Assembly (NCBI GenBank): GCA_964016885.1
Contig: OZ024741.1
Span: 256,308,001 to 256,372,000, forward strand
Length of the DNA stretch: 64,000 nt
Direction of reading: 5' to 3'
From: Eledone cirrhosa
Taxonomy: Eukaryota
The position numbers and the translations under genes were made by a program. Below the pieces are notes generated by a model. That model was not told the DNA's origin. It saw only the letters and a list, made by a program, of their open reading frames with translations, and searched no databases. Positions 27,303-42,235 of this stretch are shown here, in pieces; the stretch's first letter is position 1; the number at the start of each line of letters is the position of its first letter.

Positions 27303-27371
27303 AAATAACAAATAGACGCGGTTTCAAATCTCTATGCTTTTCAAATTCATTACATTAATCTTTATTTATAC
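27303..27371 (+). repeat. 69-bp element, copy 15
   Basis: Matches copy 1; right flank GTTTCGCTCTACG, shared with copy 25. Confidence 0.96.
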
Positions 27372-30300
27372 GTTTCGCTCTACGAGTGTTTCGACTTACG
27401 AGTGTTTCGACATACGAGTGTTTCGGCTTACGAGTGTTTTGATTTACGAGTGTTTTGACTTACGGGTGCTTCAACTTACGCGTGTTTCGACTTACGAGTG
27501 TTTCGACTTACGAGTGTTTCGACTTACGAGTGTTTCGGCTTACGAATGTTTTGACTTACGGTGTTTCGGCTTACGAGTGTTTCGACTTACGAGTGTTCTG
27601 ACTACGAGTGTTCTGACTTACGGGTGTTCTGACTTACGAGTGTTCCGACTTACGAGTGTTTCGGCTTATGAGTGTTTCGACTTACGAGTGCTTCGACTTA
27701 CGAGTGTTTCGGCTTACGGGTGTTTCGACTTACGAATGTTTTTGCTTACGAGTGTTTCGGCTTATGAGTGTTTCGACTTACGAGTGTTTTGACTTACGGG
27801 TGTTTTAACATACGAGTGTTTCGATACGATTGTTCTGACTTACGAGTGTTTCCGCTTACGAGTGTTTCGGCTTACGAGTGTTTCGACTTACTAATGTTTT
27901 TACTTACGAGTGTTTCGGTGTACGAGTGTTTCGACTTAAGGATGTTTCGACTTACGATTGTTTCGGCTTACGAGTGTTCTGACTACGAGTGTTCTGACTT
28001 ACGGGTGTTCTGACTTACGAGTGTTCCGACTTACGAGTGTTTCGGCTTATGAGTGTTTCGACTTACGAGTGCTTCGACTTACGAGTGTTTCGGCTTACGG
28101 GTGTTTCGACTTACGAATGTTTTTGCTTACGAGTGTTTCGGCTTATGAGTGTTTCGACTTACGAGTGTTTTGACTTACGGGTGTTTTGACATACGAGTGT
28201 TTCGACTTACGAGTATTTCGGCTTACGAGTGTTTCGACGTACGAATGTTTTGGCTTACGAGTGTTTCAGTGTTTCGGCTTACGAGTGTTTCGACTTACGA
28301 GTGTTTCGACTTACGACTGTTTCCGCTTACGAGTGTTTCGGCTTACGAGTGTTTCGGCTTACGAGTGTTTTGACTTACGATTGTTTGGCTTACGAGTGTT
28401 CTGACTTACGGGTGTTTTGACTTACGATTGTTTGGCTTACGAGTGTTCTGACTTACGGGTGTTCTGACTTACGAGTGTTCCGACTTACGAGTGTTTCGGC
28501 TTATGAGGGTTTCGACTTACGGGTGTTTTGACTTATGGGTGTTTCGGCTTACGAGTGTTTCGACTTACGAGTGTTTTGACTTACGGGTGTTTCGACTTAC
28601 GAGTATTTTTGGCTTACGAGTGTTTCGACTTACGAGTGTTTTGACTTACGAGTGTTCTGATTTACGGATGTTTCGACATACGAATGTTTCGACTTACGAG
28701 TGTTTCGACTTATGAGTGTTTCGACTTACGAGTGTTTCGGCTTACGAGTGTTTTGACGTACGAGTGTTTTGACTTACGGTGTTTCGGCTTACGAGTGTTT
28801 CGACTTACGATTGTTTTGACTTACGGGTGTTTTGACATACGAGTGTTTCGATACGAGTGTTCTGACTTACGAGTGTTCTGACTTACGAGTGTTTTGACTT
28901 ACGAGTGTTCTGACTTACGAGTGTTCCGACTTACGAGTGTTCCGACTTACGAGTGTTTCGGCTTACGAGTGTTTCCGGCTTACGAGTGTTTCGACTTCCG
29001 AGTGTTTTGACTTACGGTGTTTCGGCTTACGAGTGATTCGACTTACGAGTGTTTTGACTTACGGGTGATTTGACTTACGGGTGTTGTGAATTACGAGTGT
29101 TCCGATTTACGATTTTTTTGACTTACGGTGTTTCGGCTTACAAGTGATTCGACTTACGAATGTTTTGACTTACGGGTGTTTCGGCTTGCGAGTGTTTCGA
29201 CTTACGAGTGTTTCGGCTTATGGGTGTTTCGACTTACTAATGTTTTTACTTACGAGTGTTTCGGCGTACGAGTGTTTTGACTTACGAGTGTTTCGACTTA
29301 CGAGTGTTTCGACTTACGAGTGTTTCGGCTTACGTGAGTTTCGACTTAAGAGTGTTCTGATTTACGAGTGTTCTGACTTGCGGGTGTTCTGATTTACGAG
29401 TGTTCCGATTTACGAGTGTTTCGGCTTATTAGTGTTTCGACTTACGAGTGTTTCGGCTTACGAGTGTTTCGACTTATGGGTGTTTCGACTTACGAGTGTT
29501 TTTAATTACGGTGTTTCCGCTTACGAGTGTTTCGACATACGAGTGTTTTGACTTACGGGTGTTTCGACTACGAGTGTTTTGACTTATGAATGTTTTGACT
29601 TACGGGTGTTTCGGCTTACGAGTGTTTCGACTTACGAGGGTTTCGGCTTACGAGTGTTTCGACTTACTAATGTTCTTACTTACGAGTGTTTCGGCGAAGG
29701 AGAGTTTTGACTTACGAGTGTTTCGACTTACGAGTTTTTCGACTTACGAGTGTTTCGACTTACGGGTGTTTTGACTTACGGTTGTTTCGGCTTACGAGTG
29801 TTTTGACTTACGAGTGTTTTGACTTACGAGTGTTTTGACTTACGAGTGTTCTGATTTACGGATGTTTCGACATACGAGTGTTTCGACTTACGAGTGTTTC
29901 GACTTATGAGTGTTTCGACTTACGAGTGTTTCGGCTTATGAGTGTTTCGTCTTACGAGTGCTTCGGCTTACGAGTGTTTCGACTTACGAGTATTTCGGCT
30001 TACGAGTGTTTCGACGTACGAATGTTTTGGCTTACGAGTGTTTCGGCTTATGAGTGTTTCGGCTTACGAGTGTTTCGACTTACGAATGTTTCGGCTTACG
30101 AGTGTTTCAGTGTTTCGGCTTACGTGTGTTTCGACTTACGAGTGTTTCGACTTACGACTGTTTTGGCTTACGAGTGTTTCGGCTTACGAGTGTTTCGGCT
30201 TACGAGTGTTTTGACTTACGAGTGTTTTGAGTTACGATTGTTTGGCTTACGAGTGTTCTGACTTACGGGTGTTCTGACTTACGAATGTTCCGACTTACGA

Positions 30301-32050
30301 GTGTTTCGGCTTATGAGGGTTTCGACTTACGAGTGCTTCGGCTTACGAGTGTTTCGACTTACGAGTGTTTCGGCTTACGAGTGTTTCGACTTACGAGTGT
30401 TTCGACTTACGAGTGTTTTGACTTACGGTGTTTCGGCTTACGAGTGTTTCGACATACGAGTGTTTTGACGTACGGGTGTTTCGACTTACGGGTCTTTCGA
30501 CTTAAGAGTGTTTCGACTTACGAGCGCTTCGACTTACGAGTGTTTCGACTTACGAGTGTTTCGGCGTATGAGTGTTTTGACTTACGAGTGTTTCGACTTA
30601 CGAGTGTTTCGACTTACGAGTGTTTCGAATTACGAGTGTTTCGACTTACGAGTGTTTTGACTTACGAGTGTTTTGACTTCGGTGTTTCTGCCTACGAGTG
30701 TTTCGACTTACGAGTGTTATGACTTACGGGTGTTTTCACATACGAGTGTTTCGACTTACGAGTGTTTTGACTTACGGGTGTTTTGACATACGAGTGTTTC
30801 GATACGAGTGTTCTGACTTACGAGTGTTCTGACTTACGAGTGTTCTGACTTACGAGTGTTTCGACATACGAGTGTTTTGACTTACGGGTGTTTCGACTTA
30901 CGAGTGTTTTCACTTACGAATGTTTTGACTTACGGGTGTTTCGGCTTACGAGTGTTTCGACTTACGAGTGTTTCGGCTTACGAGTGTTTCGACTTACTAA
31001 TATTTTTACTTACGAGTGTTTCGGCGTACGAGAGTTTTGACTTACGAGTGTTTCGACTTACGAGTGTTTCGACTTACGAGTATTTTGACTTACGAATGTT
31101 TTAACTTACGGGTGTTTCGGCTTACGAGTGTTTTGACTTACGAGTCTTTCGGCTTACGAGTGTTTCGACTTACTAATGTTTTTACTTACGAGTGTTTCGG
31201 CGTACGAGTGTTTCGACTTCCGAGTGTTTCGACTTACGGGTGTTTTGACTTACGGGTGTATCGGCTTACGAGTGTTTTGACTTACGAGTGTTTTGACTTA
31301 AGGGTGTTTCGACGTACGAGGATTTTTGGCTTACGAGTGTTTCGACTTACGAGTGTTTTGACTTAAGAGTGTTCTGATTTACGGATGTTTCGACATACGA
31401 GTGTTTCGACTTACGAGTGTTTCGACTTATGAGTGTTTCGACTTACGAGTGTTTCGACTTACGAGTGTTTCGGCTTGTGATTGTTTCGACTTACGAGTGT
31501 TTTGACTACGGTGTTTCAGCTTACGAGTGTTTCGACTTACGAGTGTTTTGACTTACGGGTGTTTTGACATACGAGTGTTTCGATACGAGTGTTCTGACTT
31601 ACGAGTGTTCTGACTTACGAGTGTTTTGACTTACGAGTGTTCTGACTTACGAGTGTTCCGACTTACGAGTGTTCCGACTTACGAGTGTTTCGGCTTACGA
31701 GTGTTTTGACTGAAGGGTGTTTCGACTTACGAGTGTTTCGATACGAGTGTTTCGACTTACGAGTGTTTCGGCTTACGAGTGTTTCGACTTACGAGTGTTT
31801 CGACTTACGAGTGTTCCGACTTACGGGTGTTTCGAGTTAGGAGTGTTTTGGCTTACGGTGTTTCGACTTACGAGTGTTTCGAGTTAAGAGTGTTTTTACT
31901 TACGAGTGTTCTGATTTACGAGTGTTCTGACTTACGAGTGTTCTGACTTACGAGTGTTCTGACTTACGAGTGTTCTGACTTACGAGTGTTCCGACTTTAC
32001 GAGTGATTCGGGTCACGAGTGTTTCGGCTTACGAGTGTTTCGACTTACGA

Positions 32051-32119
32051 AAATAACAAATAGACGCGGTTTCAAATCTCTATGCTTTTCAAATTCATTA
32101 CATTAATCTTTATTTATAC
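32051..32119 (+). repeat. 69-bp element, copy 16
   Basis: Matches copy 1. Confidence 0.96.
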
Positions 32120-32866
32120 GTTTCGCTTTACGAGTGTTTCGACTTACGAGTGTTTCGACATACGAGTCTTTCGACTTACGAATGTTTTTGCTTACGGGTG
32201 TTTCGACTTACGAATGTTTTTGCTTACGAGTGTTTCGGTTTACGAGTGTTCCGACTTACGAGTGTTCCGACTTACGAGTGTCTCGGCTTACGAGTGTTTC
32301 CGGCTTACGAGTGTTTCAACTTACGAGTGTTCTGACTTACGAGTGTTCTGATTTACGGATGTTTCGACACACGAGTGTTTCGAATTACGAGTGTTTCGAC
32401 TTACGAGTGTTTTGACTTACGGGTGTTTTGACATACGAGTGTTTCGATACGAGTGTTTCGACTTACGAGTGTTCTGACTTACGAGTGTTCTGACTTACGA
32501 GTGTTCTTACTTACGAGTGTTCCGACTTACGAGTGTTCCGACTTACGAGTGTTTCGGCATACGAGTGTTTCGGCTTACGAGTGTTTCGACTTACGAATGT
32601 TTCGAATTACGAGTGTTCCGACTTACGGGTGTTTCGACTTACGAGTGTTTTGGCTTACGGTGTTTCGGCTTACGAGTGTTTCGAGTTACGAGTGTTTTGA
32701 CTTACACGTGTTTTGACATACGAGTGTTTCGATACGAGTGTTCTGACTTACGAGTGTTCTGACTTACGAGTGTTCTGACTTACGAGTGTTCTGACTTACG
32801 AGTGTTCCGACTTTACGAGTGTTTCGGCTCACGAGTGTTTCGGCTTACGAGTGTTTCGACTTACGA

Positions 32867-32935
32867 AAATAACAAATAGACGCGGTTTCAAATCTCTATG
32901 CTTTTCAAATTCATTACATTAATCTTTATTTATAC
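32867..32935 (+). repeat. 69-bp element, copy 17
   Basis: Matches copy 1. Confidence 0.96.
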
Positions 32936-34630
32936 GTTTCGCTTTACGAGTGTTTCGACTTACGAGTGTTTCGACATACGAGTGTTTCGGCTTACGAGTG
33001 TTTTGATTTACGAGTGTTTTGACTTACGGGTGCTTCGACTTACGCGTGTTTCGACTTACGAGTGTTTCGACTTACGAGTGTTTCGACTTACGAGTGTTTC
33101 GGCTTACGAGTGTTTTGACTTACGAAGTTTTGACTTACGATTGTTTCAGCTTACGAGTGTTTCGACTTACGAGTGTTTTGACTTACGGGTGTTTTGACAT
33201 ACGAGTGTTTCGATACGATTGTTCTGACTTACGAGTGTTTCCGCTTACGAGTGTTTCGGCTTACGAGTATTTCGACTTACTAATGTTTTTACTTACGAGT
33301 GTTTCGGTGTACGAGTGTTTCGACTTAAGGATGTTTCGACTTACGAGTGTTTCGACTTACGAGTGTTTCGACTTACGAGTGTTTTGGCTTACGAATGTTT
33401 TGACTTACGGGTGTTTCGACTTACGAGTGTTTCGGCTTATGAGTGTTTCGACTTACGGGCGTTTCGACTTACGGGTGTTTCGACTTACGAGTGTTTTGGC
33501 TTACGAATGTTTTGACTTACGGGTGTTTCGACTTACGAGTGTTTCGACTTATGAGTGTTTCGACTTACGAGTGTTTCGGCTTATGAGTGTTTCGACTTAC
33601 GAGTGCTTCGGCTTACGAGTGTTTCGACTTACGAGTATTTCGGCTTAAGAGTGTTTCGACGTACGAATGTTTTGGCTTACGAGTGTTTCGGCTTATGAGT
33701 GTTTCGGCTTACGAGTGTTTCGACTTACGAGTGTTTCGGCTTACGAGTGTTTCAGTGTTTCGGCTTACGTGTGTTTCGACTTACGAGTGTTTCGACTTAC
33801 GACTGTTTCGGCTTACGAGTGTTTCGGCTTACGAGTGTTTCGGCTTACGAGTGTTTTGACTTACGATTGTTTGGCTTACGAGTGTTCTGACTTACGGGTG
33901 TTCTGACTTACGGGTGTTCCGACTTACGAGTGTTTCGGCTTATGAGGGTTTCGACTTACGAGTGTTTCGACTTACGAGTGTTTCGGCTTACGAGTGTTTC
34001 GACTTACGAGTGTTCTGACTTACGACTGTTTCGGCTTACGAGTGTTTCGGCTTACGAGTGTTTCGGCTTACGAGTGTTTTGACTTACGATTGTTTGGCTT
34101 ACGAGTGTTCTGTCTTACGGGTGTTCTGACTTACGGGTGTTCCGACTTACGAGTGTTACGGCTTATGAGGGTTTCGACTTACGAGTGTTTCGACTTACGA
34201 GTGTTTCGGCTTACGAGTGTTTCGACTTACGAGTGTTCTGACTTACGAGTGTTCTGACTTACGAGTGTTCTTACTTACGAGTGTTCCGACTTACGAGTGT
34301 TCCGACTTACGAGTGTTTCGGCTTACGAATGTTTCGGCTTACGAGTGTTTCGACTTACGAATGTTTCGACTTACGAGTGTTCCGACTTACGGGTGTTTCG
34401 ACTTACGAGTGTTTTGGCTTACGGTGTTTCGGCTTACGAGTGTTTCGAGTTACGAGTGTTTTGACTTACACGTGTTTTGACATACGAGTGTTTCGATACG
34501 AGTGTTTCGGCTCACGATTGTTTCGACTTACGAGTGTTCTGACTTACGAGTGTTCTGACTTACGAGTGTTCCGACTTTACGAGTGTTTCGGCTCACGAGT
34601 GTTTCGGCTTACGAGTGTTTCGACTTACGA

Positions 34631-34699
34631 AAATAACAAATAGACGCGGTTTCAAATCTCTATGCTTTTCAAATGCATTACATTAATCTTTATTTATAC
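34631..34699 (+). repeat. 69-bp element, copy 18 (variant)
   Basis: Variant CAAATGCATTAC, as copy 8. Confidence 0.96.
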
Positions 34700-36039
34700 G
34701 TTTCGCTTTACGAGTGTTTCGACTTACGAGTGTTTCGACATACGAGTGTTTCGGCTTACGAGTGTTTTGATTTACGAGTGTTTTGACTTACGGGTGCTTC
34801 GACTTACGCGTGTTTCGACTTACGAGTGTTTCGACTTACGAGTGTTTCGACTTACGAGTGTTTCGGCTTACGAGTGTTTTGACTTACGATTGTTTCAGCT
34901 TACGAGTGTTTCGACTTACGAGTGTTCTGACTACGAGTGTTCTGATTTACGGGTGTTCTGACTTACGAGTGTTCCGACTTACGAGTGTTTCGGCTTATGA
35001 GTGTTTCGACTTACGAGTGCTTCGACTTACGAGTGTTTCGGCTTACGGGTGTTTCGACTTACGAATGTTTTTGCTTACGAGTGTTTCGGCTTACGAGTGT
35101 TTCGGCTTATGAGTGTTTCGACTTACGGGCGTTTCGAATTACGAGTGTTTCGACTTACGAGTGTTTTGGCTTACGAATGTTATGACTTACGGGTGTTTCG
35201 ACTTACGAGTGTTTCGACTTATGAGTGTTTCGACTTACGAGTGTTTCGGCTTATGAGTGTTTCGACTTACGAGTGCTTCGGCTTACGAGTGTTTCGACTT
35301 ACGAGTATTTCGGCTTACGAGTGTTTCGACGTACGAATGTTTTGGCTTACGAGTGTTTCGGCTTATGAGTGTTTCGACTTACGAGTGTTTCGACTTACGA
35401 GTGTTTCGACTTACGAGTGTTTCGGCTTACGAGTGTTTTGACTTACGATTGTTTCAGCTTACGAGTGTTTCGACTTACGAGTGTTCTGACTACGAGTGTT
35501 CTGATTTACGGGTGTTCTGACTTACGAGTGTTCCGACTTACGAGTGTTTCGGCTTATGAGTGTTTCGACTTACGAGTGCTTCGACTTACGAGTGTTTCGG
35601 CTTACGGGTGTTTCGACTTACGAATGTTTTTGCTTACGAGTGTTTCGGCTTACGAGTGTTTCGGCTTATGAGTGTTTCGACTTACGAGTGTTTTGACTTA
35701 CGGGTGTTCTGACTTACGAGTGTTTCGGCTTACGAGTGTTTCGGCTTATGAGTGTTTCGACTTACGAGTGTTTTGACTTACGAGTGTTCCGACTTACGAG
35801 TGTTTCGGCTTACGAGTGTTTCGGCTTACGAGTGTTTCGACTTACGAATGTTTCGACTTACGAGTGTTCCGACTTACGGGTGTTTCGACTTACGAGTGTT
35901 TTGGCTTACGGTGTTTCGGCTTACGAGTGTTTCGAGTTACGAGTGTTTTGACTTACACGTGTTTTGACATACGAGTGTTTCGACTTTACGAGTGTTTCGG
36001 CTCACGATTGTTTCGACTTACGAGTGTTTCGACTTACGA

Positions 36040-36108
36040 AAATAACAAATAGACGCGGTTTCAAATCTCTATGCTTTTCAAATTCATTACATTAATCTTT
36101 ATTTATAC
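36040..36108 (+). repeat. 69-bp element, copy 19
   Basis: Matches copy 1. Confidence 0.96.
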
Positions 36109-37661
36109 GTTTCGCTTTACGAGTGTTTCGACTTACGAGTGTTTCGACATACGAGTGTTTCGGCTTACGAGTGTTTTGATTTACGAGTGTTTTGACTTAC
36201 GGGTGCTTCGACTTACGCGTGTTTTGACTTACGAGTGTTTCGACTTACGAGTGTTTCGACTTACGAGTGTTTCGGCTTACGAGTGTTTTGACTTACGAAT
36301 GTTTTGACTTACGATTGTTTCGGCTTACGGGTGTTTCGACTTACGAATGTTTTTGCTTACGAGTGTTTCGGCTTACGAGTGTTTCGGCTTATGAGTGTTT
36401 CGAATTACGAGTGTTTTGACTTACGGGTGTTTTGACATACGAGTGTTTCGATACGATTGTTCTGACTTACGAGTGTTTCCGCTTACGAGTGTTTCGGCTT
36501 ACGAGTGTTTCGACTTACTAATGTTTTTACTTACGAATGTTTCGGTGTACGAGTGTTTCGACTTAAGGATGTTTCGACTTACGAGTGTTTCGACTTACGA
36601 GTGTTTCGACTTACGAGTGTTTCGACTTACGAGTGTTTTGGCTTACGAATGTTTTGACTTACGGGTGTTTCGACTTACGAGTGTTTCGGCTTATGAGTGT
36701 TTCGACTTACGGGCGTTTCGAATTACGAGTGTTTCGACTTACGAGTGTTTTGGCTTACGAATGTTATGACTTACGGGTGTTTCGACTTACGAGTGTTTCG
36801 ACTTATGAGTGTTTCGACTTACGAGTGTTTCGGCTTATGAGTGTTTCGACTTACGAGTGCTTCGGCTTACGAGTGTTTCGACTTACGAGTATTTCGGCTT
36901 ACGAGTGTTTCGACGTACGAATGTTTTGGCTTACGAGTGTTTCGGCTTATGAGTGTTTCGGCTTACGAGTGTTTCGACTTACGAGTGTTTCGGCTTACGA
37001 GTGTTTCAGTGTTTCGGCTTACGTGTGTTTCGACTTACGAGTGTTTCGACTTACGACTGTTTCGGCTTACGAGTGTTTCGGCTTACGAGTGTTTCGGCTT
37101 ACGAGTGTTTTGACTTACGATTGTTTGGCTTACGAGTGTTCTGACTTACGGGTGTTATGACTTACGGGTGTTCCGACTTACGAGTGTTTCGGCTTATGAG
37201 GGTTTCGACTTACGAGTGTTTCGACTTACGAGTGTTTCGGCTTACGAGTGTTTCGACTTACGAGTGTTCTAACTTACGAGTGTTCTGACTTACGAGTGTT
37301 CTTACTTACGAGTGTTCCGACTTACGAGTGTTCCGACTTACGAGTGTTTCGGCTTACGAGTGTTTCGGCTTACGAGTGTTTCGACTTACGAATGTTTCGA
37401 CTTACGAGTGTTCCGACTTACGGGTGTTTCGACTTACGAGTGTTTTGGCTTACGGTGTTTCGGCTTACGAGTGTTTCGAGTTACGAGTGTTTTGACTTAC
37501 ACGTGTTTTGACATACGAGTGTTTCGATACAAGTGTTCTGACTTACGAGTGTTCTGACTTACGAGTGTTCTGACTTACGAGTGTTCTGACTTACGAGTGT
37601 TCCGACTTTACGAGTGTTTCGGCTCACGAGTGTTTCGACTTACGAGTGTTTCGACTTACGA

Positions 37662-37730
37662 AAATAACAAATAGACGCGGTTTCAAATCTCTATGCTTTT
37701 CAAATTCATTACATTAATCTTTATTTATAC
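37662..37730 (+). repeat. 69-bp element, copy 20
   Basis: Matches copy 1. Confidence 0.96.
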
Positions 37731-39490
37731 GTTTCGCTTTACGAGTGTTTCGACTTACGAGTGTTTCGACATACGAGTGTTTCGGCTTACGAGTGTTTTG
37801 ATTTACGAGTGTTTTGACTTACGGGTGCTTCGACTTACGCGTGTTTTGACTTACGAGTGTTTCGACTTACGAGTGTTTCGACTTACGAGTGTTTCGGCTT
37901 ACGAGTGATTTGACTTACGAATGTTTTGACTTACGATTGTTTCGGCTTACGAGTGTTTCGACTTACGAGTGTTCTGATTACGAGTGTTCTGACTTACGGG
38001 TGTTCTGACTTACGAGTGTTCCGACTTACGAGTGTTTCGGCTTATGAGTGTTTCGACTTACGAGTGCTTCGACTTACGAGTGTTTCGGCTTACGGGTGTT
38101 TCGGCTTATGAGTGTTTCGGCTTATGAGTGTTTCGACTTACGAGTGTTTTGACTTACGGATGTTTTGACATACGAGTGTTTCGATACGATTGTTCTGACT
38201 TACGAGTGTTTCCGCTTACGAGTGTTTCGGCTTACGAGTGTTTCGACTTACTAATGTTTTTGCTTACGAGTGCTTCGGTGTACGAGTGTTTCGACTTAAG
38301 GATGTTTCGACTTACGAGTGTTTCGGCTTATGAGTGTTTCGACTTACGAGTGCTTCGGCTTACGAGTGTTTCGACTTACGAGTATTTCGGCTTACGAGTG
38401 TTTCGACGTACGAATGTTTTGGCTTACGAGTGTTTCGGCTTATGAGTGTTTCGGCTTACGAGTGTTTCGACTTACGAGTGTTTCGGCTTACGAGTGTTTC
38501 AGTGTTTCGGCTTACGTGTGTTTCGACTTACGAGTGTTTCGACTTACGACTGTTTCGGCTTACGAGTGTTTCGGCTTACGAGTGTTTCGGCTTACGAGTG
38601 TTTTGACTTACGATTGTTTGGCTTACGAGTGTTCTGACTTACGGGTGTTATGACTTACGAGTGTTCCGACTTACGAGTGTTTCGGCTTATGAGGGTTTCG
38701 ACTTACGAGTGCTTCGGCTTACGAGTGTTTCGACTTACCAGTGTTTCGGCTTACGAGTGTTTCGACTTACGAGTGTTTCGACTTACGAGTGTTTTGACTT
38801 ACGGTGTTTCGGCTTACGAGTGTTTCGACATACGAGTGTTTTGACGTACGGGTGTTTCGACTTACGGGTCTTTCGACTTAAGAGTGTTTCGACTTACGAG
38901 CGCTTCGACTTACGAGTGTTTCGACTTACGAGTGTTTCGGCGTATGAGTGTTTTGACTTACGAGTGTTTCGACTTACGAGTGTTTCGACTTACGAGTGTT
39001 TCGACTTACGAGTGTTTTGACTTACGGTGTTTCGGCTTACGAGTGTTTCGACATACGAGTGTTTTGACGTACGGGTGTTTCGACTTACGGGTCTTTCGAC
39101 TTAAGAGTGTTTCGACTTACGAGCGCTTCGACTTACGAGTGTTTCGACTTACGAGTGTTTCGGCGTATGAGTGTTTTGACTTACGAGTGTTTCGACTTAC
39201 GAGTGTTTCGAGTTACGAGTGTTTCGAATTACGAGTGTTTCGACTTACGAGTGTTCCGACTTACGGGTGTTTTGAGTTAGGAGTGTTTTGGCTTACGGTG
39301 TTTCGACTTACGAGTGTTTCGAGTTAAGAGTGTTTTTACTTACGAGTGTTCTGATTTACGAGTGTTCTGACTTACGAGTGTTCTGACTTACGAGTGTTCT
39401 GACTTACGAGTGTTCTGACTTACGAGTGTTCCGACTTTACGAGTGATTCGGGTCACGAGTGTTTCGGCTTACGAGTGTTTCGACTTACGA

Positions 39491-39559
39491 AAATAACAAA
39501 TAGACGCGGTTTCAAATCTCTATGCTTTTCAAATTCATTACATTAATCTTTATTTATAC
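39491..39559 (+). repeat. 69-bp element, copy 21
   Basis: Matches copy 1. Confidence 0.96.
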
Positions 39560-40289
39560 GTTTCGCTTTACGAGTGTTTCGACTTACGAGTGTTTCGACT
39601 TACGAATGTTTTTGCTTACGGGTGTTTCGACTTACGAATGTTTTTGCTTACGAGTGTTTCGGTTTACGAGTGTTCCGACTTACGAGTGTTCCGACTTACG
39701 AGTGTCTCGGCTTACGAGTGTTTCCGGCTTACGAGTGTTTCAACTTACGAGTGTTCTGACTTACGAGTGTTCTGATTTACGGATGTTTCGACACACGAGT
39801 GTTTCGAATTACGAGTGTTTCGACTTACGAGTGTTTTGACTTACGGGTGTTTTGACATACGAGTGTTTCGATACGAGTGTTTCGACTTACGAGTGTTCTG
39901 ACTTACGAGTGTTCTGACTTACGAGTGTTCTTACTTACGAGTGTTCCGACTTACGAGTGTTCCGACTTACGAGTGTTTCGGCATACGAGTGTTTCGGCTT
40001 ACGAGTGTTTCGACTTACGAATGTTTCGACTTACGAGTGTTCCGACTTACGGGTGTTCGACTTACGAGTGTTTTGGCTTACGGTGTTTCGGCTTACGAGT
40101 GTTTCGAGTTACGAGTGTTTTGACTTACACGTGTTTTGACATACGAGTGTTTCGATACGAGTGTTCTGACTTACGAGTGTTCTGACTTACGAGTGTTCTG
40201 ACTTACGAGTGTTCTGACTTACGAGTGTTCCGACTTTACGAGTGTTTCGGCTCACGAGTGTTTCGGCTTACGAGTGTTTCGACTTACGA

Positions 40290-40358
40290 AAATAACAAGT
40301 AGACGCGGTTTCAAATCTCTATGCTTTTCAAATTCATTACATTAATCTTTATTTATAT
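40290..40358 (+). repeat. 69-bp element, copy 22 (variant)
   Basis: Variant AACAAGTAG ... TTTATATG, as copy 12. Confidence 0.96.
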
Positions 40359-42166
40359 GTTTCGCTTTACGAGTGTTTCGACTTACGAGTGTTTCGACAT
40401 ACGAGTGTTTCGGCTTACGAGTGTTTTGATTTACGAGTGTTTTGACTTACGGGTGCTTCGACTTACGCGTGTTTCGACTTACGAGTGTTTCGACTTACGA
40501 GTGTTTCGACTTACGAGTGTTTCGGCTTACGAGTGTTTTGACTTACGAAGTTTTGACTTACGATTGTTTCAGCTTACGAGTGTTTCGACTTACGAGTGTT
40601 CTGACTACGAGTGTTCTGATTTACGGGTGTTCTGACTTACGAGTGTTCCGACTTACGAGTGTTTCGGCTTATGAGTGTTTCGACTTACGAGTGCTTCGAC
40701 TTACGAGTGTTTCGGCTTACGGGTGTTTCGACTTACGAATGTTTTTGCTTACGAGTGTTTCGGCTTACGAGTGTTTCGGCTTATAAGTGTTTCGACTTAC
40801 GAGTGTTTTGACTTACGGGTGTTTTGACATACGAGTGTTTCGATACGATTGTTCTGACTTACGAGTGTTTCCGGTTACGAGTGTTTCGGCTTACGAGTAT
40901 TTCGACTTACTAATGTTTTTACTTACGAGTGTTTCGGTGTACGAGTGTTTCGACTTAAGGATGTTTCGACTTACGAGTGTTTCGACTTACGAGTGTTTCG
41001 ACTTACGAGTGTTTTGGCTTACGAATGTTTTGACTTACGGGTGTTTCGACTTACGAGTGTTTCGGCTTATGAGTGTTTCGACTTACGGGCGTTTCGACTT
41101 ACGGGTGTTTCGACTTACGAGTGTTTTGGCTTACGAATGTTTTGACTTACGGGTGTTTCGACTTACGAGTGTTTCGACTTATGAGTGTTTCGACTTACGA
41201 GTGTTTCGGCTTATGAGTGTTTCGACTTACGAGTGCTTCGGCTTACGAGTGTTTCGACTTACGAGTATTTCGGCTTAACAGTGTTTCGACGTACGAATGT
41301 TTTGGCTTACGAGTGTTTCGGCTTATGAGTGTTTCGGCTTACGAGTGTTTCGGCTTACGAGTGTTTCAGTGTTTCGGCTTACGTGTGTTTCGACTTACGA
41401 GTGTTTCGACTTACGACTGTTTCGGCTTACGAGTGTTTCGGCTTACGAGTGTTTCGGCTTACGAGTGTTTTGACTTACGATTGTTTGGCTTACGAGTGTT
41501 CTGACTTACGGGTGTTCTGACTTACGGGTGTTCCGACTTACGAGTGTTTCGGCTTATGAGGGTTTCGACTTACGAGTGTTTCGACTTACGAGTGTTTCGG
41601 CTTACGAGTGTTTCGACTTACGAGTGTTCTGACTTACGACTGTTTCGGCTTACGAGTGTTTCAGCTTACGAGTGTTTCGGCTTACGAGTGTTTTGACTTA
41701 CGATTGTTTGGCTTACGAGTGTTCTGACTTACGGGTGTTCTGACTTACGGGTGTTCCGACTTACGAGTGTTACGGCTTATGAGGGTTTCGACTTACGAGT
41801 GTTTCGACTTACGAGTGTTTCGGCTTACGAGTGTTTCGACTTACGAGTGTTCTGACTTACGAGTGTTCTGACTTACGAGTGTTCTTACTTACGAGTGTTC
41901 CGACTTACGAGTGTTCCGACTTACGAGTGTTTCGGCTTACGAGTGTTTCGGCTTACGAGTGTTTCGACTTACGAATGTTTCGACTTACGAGTGTTCCGAC
42001 TTACGGGTGTTTCGACTTACGAGTGTTTTGGCTTACGGTGTTTCGGCTTACGAGTGTTTCGAGTTACGAGTGTTTTGACTTACACGTGTTTTGACATACG
42101 AGTGTTTCGACTTTACGAGTGTTTCGGCTCACGATTGTTTCGACTTACGAGTGTTTCGACTTACGA

Positions 42167-42235
42167 AAATAACAAATAGACGCGGTTTCAAATCTCTATG
42201 CTTTTCAAATTCATTACATTAATCTTTATTTATAC
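42167..42235 (+). repeat. 69-bp element, copy 23
   Basis: Matches copy 1. Confidence 0.96.

Larger units (their letters stand above)
10803..28509 (+). repeat. Higher-order repeat unit, about 17.7 kb, copy A
   Basis: Offset of 17707 to copy B at 10977/28684, 12171/29878, 14375/32082 and 15191/32898. Contains ten 69-bp elements. Confidence 0.92.
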
